NCBI GenBank assembly: GCA_964456925.1
Contig: CAYWCX010000001.1
Location: 10,800-74,799 of the forward strand
Length of the DNA: 64,000 nucleotides
From: an uncultured Planctomycetales bacterium
GTDB taxonomy: Bacteria; Omnitrophota; Gorgyraeia; Gygaellales; Profunditerraquicolaceae
Direction: 5' to 3'
The notes under the pieces: generated by a model
Told to the model about the DNA's origin: nothing
Seen by the model: the letters and a program-made list of their open reading frames with translations, nothing else
Database searches by the model: none
Translations under genes and position numbers: made by a program
In this document: piece after piece, positions 61,645 to 64,000 of the stretch
Layout: each line of letters begins with the position of its first letter
How positions within the stretch are numbered: the stretch's first letter is position 1

Positions 61645-62651
61645 TGCTGCGAATACTCCTTTAATAATTTCAATTTTTCCAGCGCCTTTACGGAATCAAG
61701 AGACTCTTGCGCCAGTTTTATGCCTTCTTTAATGGAAGGGGCTTTATCGGCAGCATAGATGGCGCAGCCTGAGTTCAATAATACGATGTCGCGCGCCGGC
61801 CCCTTCTTGCCGTTCAGGACATCCATTACTATAGCGGCGCTATGCCTGGCATCGGCTGCCAGAAGGTCGCGGATATCCGCTCTCTTAAAACCAAATTCTT
61901 CCGGCGTAATTTCAAAATCGCGAAACTCCGCGGACTTAGCTTCCGAAACAAAGGTCTTATCCGTTGTAGTAACCTCATCCAGCCCGTCATTACCGTGCAC
62001 TACCAGGACGTGCCGCGTCCCTAAATTAGAGAGCACCCGGGCCAGCACCTTGGTCCACTCTGCGCTGTAAACGCCGATGAGCTGGTTGGTGGCGCGGGCA
62101 GGGTTAATAAGCGGCCCCAGGATATTAAACATCGTCTTGCGGGCAATCTGTTTTCTCGCCGGCATCACGTGCTTCATCGCCGGATGTAAATTAGGCGCGA
62201 ACAAAAACGCAATCCCGATCTCCTCAAGGCATTTCTTAATCCGGGCCTTGTCCATATTGATATTTACCCCGAGCGCCTCCAGGATATCGGCGCTTCCGGA
62301 TTTGCTGGAGACCGAACGGTTGCCGTGCTTGGCTACGGTGACACCCGCGCCGCTGGCTACCAGGGCAGTGACGGTAGAAATGTTGAACGTCCCCTTGCGG
62401 TCGCCCCCCGTACCGCAGGTGTCCAGGATATTCGGCTTATCCACGATAATCGGGTCAACGTATTTAAGCATTGCATTAACTGCCGCGGTAAGCTCCTCGA
62501 CTGTCTCTCCCTTATCGTTAAGCGAGGAGAGGAATGCAATGATATCGGCGGTATCCGTCACGCCGGTCAATATCTCCTCCATCACCCGCTGCATCTGCAG
62601 AGGGCTCAAGTCTTTTTTCTCTGCTAAAAGTTTTATTGCGTCGCGTATCAT
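61641..62651 (-). CDS. trpD: anthranilate phosphoribosyltransferase
   Basis: GTGGD motif (CGTGGDRKGTFNISTV) and KHGNR. The likely start is the internal MIRDAIKLL at 62651, abutting the trpG stop. Confidence 0.9.
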   Translation of the reverse strand: MIRDAIKLLAEKKDLSPLQMQRVMEEILTGVTDTADIIAFLSSLNDKGETVEELTAAVNAMLKYVDPIIVDKPNILDTCGTGGDRKGTFNISTVTALVASGAGVTVAKHGNRSVSSKSGSADILEALGVNINMDKARIKKCLEEIGIAFLFAPNLHPAMKHVMPARKQIARKTMFNILGPLINPARATNQLIGVYSAEWTKVLARVLSNLGTRHVLVVHGNDGLDEVTTTDKTFVSEAKSAEFRDFEITPEEFGFKRADIRDLLAADARHSAAIVMDVLNGKKGPARDIVLLNSGCAIYAADKAPSIKEGIKLAQESLDSVKALEKLKLLKEYSQQ

Positions 62652-63214
62652 AACTTTAAAAAATTGCTTAGTATATCCATACCGGCGTGCGTTAAGATGG
62701 ACTCCGGATGAAACTGCACTCCCCAAATCGGGTAGCGCCGGTGTTTTACCGCCATAATCTCGCGTTCGCCCTTCGTCCAGGCAATAACCTCAAGGCATTC
62801 GGGGAGGGTCTTCTCTTCTATTACCAGGGAATGATAGCGCGTGGCCAGGAACGGATTCTCGATATTACGGAAGATTGTTTTTGCGTTGTGATAAATACGC
62901 GAGGTCTTACCGTGCATCAGGCGTTTTGCCGAAATGATGCGGCCGCCGAAGACATAACCGATACACTGGTGCCCCAGGCATACGCCCAGGATCGGAATCT
63001 TCCCCTGGAATTCCTGAATCAGCGCGCAAGAAATACCCGCATCCTCAGGCCTGCCCGGTCCGGGAGAAATGACGATTTTCTGCGGCGCCAGGCTCCTGAT
63101 CTTACTCAGGGTAATTTTATCGTTACGAAAAACCTCCACCTTCGCCCCTAACACCATAAGATACTGCACCAGGTTATAGGTAAAGGAATCGTAATTATCA
63201 ATCATGAGTATCAT
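62648..63214 (-). CDS. trpG: anthranilate synthase component II / PabA-type glutamine amidotransferase
   Basis: Class I GATase catalytic triad context (GVCLGHQ ... HPE); 188 aa. Confidence 0.9.
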   Translation of the reverse strand: MILMIDNYDSFTYNLVQYLMVLGAKVEVFRNDKITLSKIRSLAPQKIVISPGPGRPEDAGISCALIQEFQGKIPILGVCLGHQCIGYVFGGRIISAKRLMHGKTSRIYHNAKTIFRNIENPFLATRYHSLVIEEKTLPECLEVIAWTKGEREIMAVKHRRYPIWGVQFHPESILTHAGMDILSNFLKL

Positions 63215-63234
63215 CTTTTCCTATCCTTTAGTTA

Positions 63235-63343
63235 GTAATTTTCGTAATTGGTAATTCGTAATTAGTAACTCGTAATTTTTTATTTTTAAAATTACTATTT
63301 ACGGATTACGATTTACAGATTACGGCTTTTGATTATCAATTAC
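63235..63343. repeat. Palindrome built from tandem heptamers: six GTAAYT repeats at 7-bp spacing, an AT-rich centre, then seven RATTAC/ATTTAC repeats at 7-bp spacing; between the murA stop and the trpG start
   Basis: GTAATT/GTAACT begin at 63235, 63244, 63251, 63258, 63265 and 63272. The centre is ttttatttttaa. AATTAC, ATTTAC, GATTAC and GATTAT begin at 63290, 63297, 63304, 63311, 63318, 63331 and 63338. Confidence 0.8.
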
Positions 63344-63356
63344 TAGTTTACCGCCT

Positions 63357-64000
63357 TTACTCCTTTTCCCGGCGCACCCGCGCTCCGAGGGCGCTCATCT
63401 TCTTTTCGATATCTTCGTAACCGCGGTCGAGGTGATAGATTCTGGAGATGGTGGTTTTACCTTTCGCTACCAGCCCCGCCAATAAAAGCGATGCCGAAGC
63501 CCGGAGGTCCGAAGCCATGACCGGCGCGCCCGAGAGGCGCTTTACCCCCTCCACAATGGCGTGCGGACCTTCGCGCTGAATCCGCGCGCCCATACGGTTA
63601 AGTTCCGCCACATGCATGAACCTGTCCGGATAAATCTTTTCGGTAATCACGCTGATGCCGGGGGTAACGCTCATCAGGCTCATAATCTGCGCCTGCATAT
63701 CGGTAGGAAAACCCGGGTAAGGCAGGGTAGTGACATTAATTGCCTTTAATCTTCTCTTCGCACGCACCCGCAGTGCACCGTCGGTCCGGGTAATGACCGC
63801 GCCGCTCTCTTCTAATTTATCGATAATCGCGCCTAAGTGCTGGAGTGAGGCGTTCTTAATCCTGATGTCGCCGCCGGTGATAAGCGACGCCGCCATAAAG
63901 GTTGCGGCTTCAATCCTGTCCGGGATAATGGTGTGTTCCGCGCCCCTTAAATGTTTTACACCTTCAATCCTGATAACCGGCGTGCCCTGGCCAATAACCC
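63357..64000 (-). CDS. murA: UDP-N-acetylglucosamine 1-carboxyvinyltransferase, C-terminal part; the gene runs off the window end
   Basis: The frame stays open upstream of the track ORF's first M: GQGTPVIRIEGVKHLRGAEHTIIPDRIEAATFMAASLITGGDIRIKN, a MurA C-terminal region. Confidence 0.85.
   Translation of the reverse strand, partial: VIGQGTPVIRIEGVKHLRGAEHTIIPDRIEAATFMAASLITGGDIRIKNASLQHLGAIIDKLEESGAVITRTDGALRVRAKRRLKAINVTTLPYPGFPTDMQAQIMSLMSVTPGISVITEKIYPDRFMHVAELNRMGARIQREGPHAIVEGVKRLSGAPVMASDLRASASLLLAGLVAKGKTTISRIYHLDRGYEDIEKKMSALGARVRREKE

Noticed and set aside
63235-63343. CRISPR array or TRAP/T-box leader as an explanation for the heptamer repeats
   Set aside because: The units are 7 bp with no spacers, and the second half is the inverted complement of the first. 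This is not a repeat-spacer architecture. There is no T-box or specifier motif, and the 142-nt leader is too short. The RNA strand has a few UAG triplets but no 11-triplet GAG/UAG array with 2-3-nt spacers as required for TRAP.

Overview
This is bacterial chromosomal DNA at roughly 50% GC. About 70 genes are on the minus strand and only three are on the plus strand: cinA-C and thpR (one apparent transcription unit) plus rpmB. Gene order resembles Firmicutes and is mostly housekeeping. Listed by ascending coordinate (minus-strand transcription runs right to left): aroA (partial), a coiled-coil membrane protein, rluD, lgt, lspA, a DksA/TraR-like gene, ileS, mtnP, proC, yggS, repeat element C1, ftsA, ftsQ, ddl, murB, murC, murG, ftsW, murD, mraY, murF, murE, ftsI, ftsL, rsmH, mraZ, ribF, nrnA, rbfA, DUF503, cca, xerD, an MBL hydrolase, a lipoprotein, ligA, a phosphoesterase, acyP, an inverted pair of repeat elements C3/C2, tRNA-Pro(CGG), ribE, ribD, a PHP-domain protein, nusB, ribH, ribBA with an FMN riboswitch, cinA-C and thpR on the plus strand, pgpA, pgsA, rimO, rodZ, ftsK, pnp, rpsO, a UvrD-like helicase fused to a Cas4-like nuclease, rpmB on the plus strand, recJ, argS, rsfS, an unannotated 49-aa zinc-ribbon gene, corC, an M16 peptidase, trpA-B-F-C-D-G, a heptamer-repeat palindrome, and murA (partial). 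The division/cell-wall cluster from mraZ to ftsA is complete except that ftsZ is absent. The most unusual signal is a family of palindromic, rod-forming elements of about 180 bp with three copies in the window. One copy is nested in a second inverted repeat exactly where ftsZ would be expected. The other two form an inverted pair abutting tRNA-Pro. The copies differ in sequence but keep their pairing through compensatory changes. Other calls are an FMN riboswitch with attenuator, MraZ operator boxes, a leaderless divergent promoter, and a 7-bp-periodic palindrome upstream of trpG. Coordinates for non-ORF features were counted by hand and may be off by 1-2 nt.
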